Made by a program: the position numbers and the translations under genes
The notes under the pieces: generated by a model
What the model was told of the DNA's origin: nothing
Seen by the model: only the letters and a program-made list of their open reading frames with translations
Databases searched by the model: none
Shown here: positions 62,035 through 64,000 of the stretch, in pieces
Layout: every line of letters starts with the position of its first letter
How positions within the stretch are numbered: position 1 is the first letter of the stretch
Source: Candidatus Latescibacterota bacterium
GTDB taxonomy: Bacteria > Latescibacterota > UBA2968 > GCA-2709665
Assembly (NCBI GenBank): GCA_965248435.1
Contig: OZ252100.1
Coordinates: forward strand, 896,001-960,000
Reading direction: 5' to 3'
Length of the DNA stretch: 64,000 bases

Positions 62035-62927
62035 TTATACCGACCACTCGATGCCATCGAATGCTGCCCGCTGCGCATCGAAGAAGTGCCACCACTTGTC
62101 TAGCCACGGTTCATCAATCCCGCTACCCTTCGCGCAATCCACAATGACAGCTCTTATATTTCTCAGTTGAGTTGAGATCGCGTTCTCTTTCTCAGGTCCC
62201 ATCAACGATTCCGGGTCTGATTGAACGAGGTCAAGGATTCGGTCGACGCCCTCGAGCACCCGTGACCCGGTCGGCGAGAGCGCAGCAGCGACGTAAAGCC
62301 ACTTTGAGTATGGGAAGACTCTTCCATCTATCACAAGAGCGCAACGAATCGAATAGTTGATGGTCTCGAGTACACTGCTGAGAGCTGACAGCCGGTCGTT
62401 TCGATCCATGGGGTTATCTGCGTTACGATGAAAGCCTCTCATCTCAACATAGTTGAACAGCAGTGCTGCCCGTCGTAATTTCTCGTGCATTGGCAGACAA
62501 GCTCGGCTTTGGATTGCATCAAATCGACCGCTCGGATCGAGAACAGCCACTGCGTGTTGGAGTTCGTAGATGCTCTCAAGCTCTGGTGTGGCAAACGCAT
62601 TGTGGATGTCCGCAAACGACGTGACGTTGAGGTGACCGGGCTTGCCGTTGATGATCACGCCTACAAACCTGGATGGTGAAAGCGAATCGAATCGAGTTGC
62701 ACTTTCGTCATCCATCAGTAGGTAGAAGTCGAGGTCCGATGAAGGATCATCAACGTTGCGGGTGGTCGATCCATGAAGCACTACACATCATCACCAAAAG
62801 CTGAAAGGACGGGCGGTCGCTCTTTCGAGGCGAAGAATTTGCGCGACTGGGCCACCCACTTGGATCGGTTCTCGCCGGTGCCGTTTTCGCGATACGAATT
62901 GATTAGCTTCCCGAATGTATTGTCCAT
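62035..62927 (-). pseudogene. Nucleotidyltransferase-domain protein with frameshift near 62785
   Basis: ATG 62927 frame (MDNTFGK..DDV) shifts into LHGSTTR..SDLDF; PYSKWL. Confidence 0.65.
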
Positions 62928-63049
62928 GATGTGCGATTACGCCACGAAGCTGTGGTCGGTATAACTAGTGTTTGAACGGCGAATATGCAGCACATCTCGC
63001 GATATTCTGGAGATATACTGCAAGGTTCTGATTTCACTTTTCCCATTTC

Positions 63050-63185
63050 ATCTAACGTTCCGCAGGTTGCCGAAGCGGCTGTACATCAACAATATAGTAA
63101 AATGCCTCCCGGTAGGGGAGGCTGGTGACCTACAGCCGCTTTGGCGAAGGTCGTACGACCTGAGCCGGCAACCTGCTGTTATAAG
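63050..63185 (-). mobile_element. attC-like site (best conserved)
   Basis: Minus strand: CTTATAAC-A-GCAGGTTGCCG..CGGCAACCTGC-GGAAC-GTTAGAT; inner stem AAGCGGCTGTA/TACAGCCGCTT. Confidence 0.8.
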
Positions 63186-63276
63186 CCGTGCCGCCGTAAA
63201 TTAGTAAAACAAAGAGAAGCCGCCCAGAGGGGGCTTTCCCTGTGCGGTATTACCGTCTATGACTGGTTGTCCGTCG

Positions 63277-63999
63277 TCAGTCAACCAAAGAAGGCCGAAT
63301 GGTGCCAGCCCTCTGTAGATCGTGGATAGTCTTCAAAATCGTCGTGCGCGATGTATCAATCTCAGCCTCTGATGGTGACCTCTCTTCAATCATGTGTTGC
63401 ATGATTCCTTGAACACGCTTTGAAATGTTCCGCATGATCTTGTCTTCAACCCGGCGTGCGGCGTTGTCTTTCCTCACCAGGGCAATCGCGAGATCCTCGG
63501 TAAAGGTCTTCCTGAGCGTGGCCACCATCTCCTCATCTGTCAGCTTTGACCAGTCCGCGAAGGATTCTACATCCACTCTATCTGATTTCTCATCCATAGC
63601 GATCAACTCCTGTCTTAGTCTCTGCCGGCCACGGTGCAGGCGGACTTTCACGGCGTTTTTCGAGATAGCGAGTGATTCACTCACAGAATCCACACGCATC
63701 CCAAGAAGGTAGTAGAGGACGACAGCCTCCCTTTCTCCTTCCGGCAGGCAGTCCAGCACATCAAGAATCTGGCGCCTGCGCTCCTCCCGTTCGTATACCT
63801 CATCTGGAGAAAGGTCTAGTGCCGGCGTCCCGTCAGGGTCAATGCCATTCTCCTCGACCTTGGGCCGTCGCAGTTGCATTTTGCAGAGATTAATGGCTAT
63901 TGAACAGACCCAGTTCCTAAACTGGTCAGCGTCCCTGAGGCTCGGCAGGTCGGTAAAGGCCGCAATGAACGCCTCCTGTGCGACATCATCGGCCAGGCC
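63277..63999 (-). CDS. ECF sigma factor fused to FliG C-terminal-like domain (5' end outside window)
   Basis: Open frame to the edge: LADDVAQEAF..QFRNWVCSIAINLC; LPEGEREAV..VKVRLHRGR; C-terminus FADWSKLTDEEM..DLAIAL..KIMRNISKR..ILKTIHDLQRAGTI. Confidence 0.85.
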   Translation of the reverse strand, partial: GLADDVAQEAFIAAFTDLPSLRDADQFRNWVCSIAINLCKMQLRRPKVEENGIDPDGTPALDLSPDEVYEREERRRQILDVLDCLPEGEREAVVLYYLLGMRVDSVSESLAISKNAVKVRLHRGRQRLRQELIAMDEKSDRVDVESFADWSKLTDEEMVATLRKTFTEDLAIALVRKDNAARRVEDKIMRNISKRVQGIMQHMIEERSPSEAEIDTSRTTILKTIHDLQRAGTIRPSLVD

Positions 64000-64000
64000 A

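Noticed and set aside
47471-63999. A true flagellar gene cluster (flhA, fliM, fliG)
   Set aside because: Only single subdomains are present, each fused to an ECF core; TM regions, other domains and neighbouring flagellar genes are absent.

Overview
Bacterial window, roughly 60% GC in the left part. Tandem GWxTD proteins and ECF sigma factors with C-terminal extensions suggest an FCB-group lineage such as Latescibacterota (inference only). All family assignments come from motif recognition by eye; no database searches were run. The left ~41 kb holds a Ser/Thr kinase-like/AAA gene, an APC permease, glcD/glcF, two GWxTD proteins, a GT4, rhaB, an EndoQ-UvrD fusion, an mbnH/mbnP-like pair, a DUF4258/DUF2283 pair, an ABC-Yip1-S8/DUF1611-ACP operon and radC. 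The 21-28 kb segment looks chimeric or duplicated. The right ~22 kb (about 50% GC) is an integron-cassette-like array with several attC-like sites and no integrase in the window. Main finding: four ECF sigma factors in this array are each fused to a domain resembling a flagellar rotor or export protein (one FlhA-C, two FliM-middle, one FliG-C). Each has an in-frame SD+ATG at the fusion joint, and at least one sits in a cassette with matching attC boxes. Other points: a missed UGA/SECIS selenoprotein thioredoxin, an IS30 whose empty site can be reconstructed, a sigma28 promoter driving an unannotated 51-aa ORF, and a structured RNA leader.
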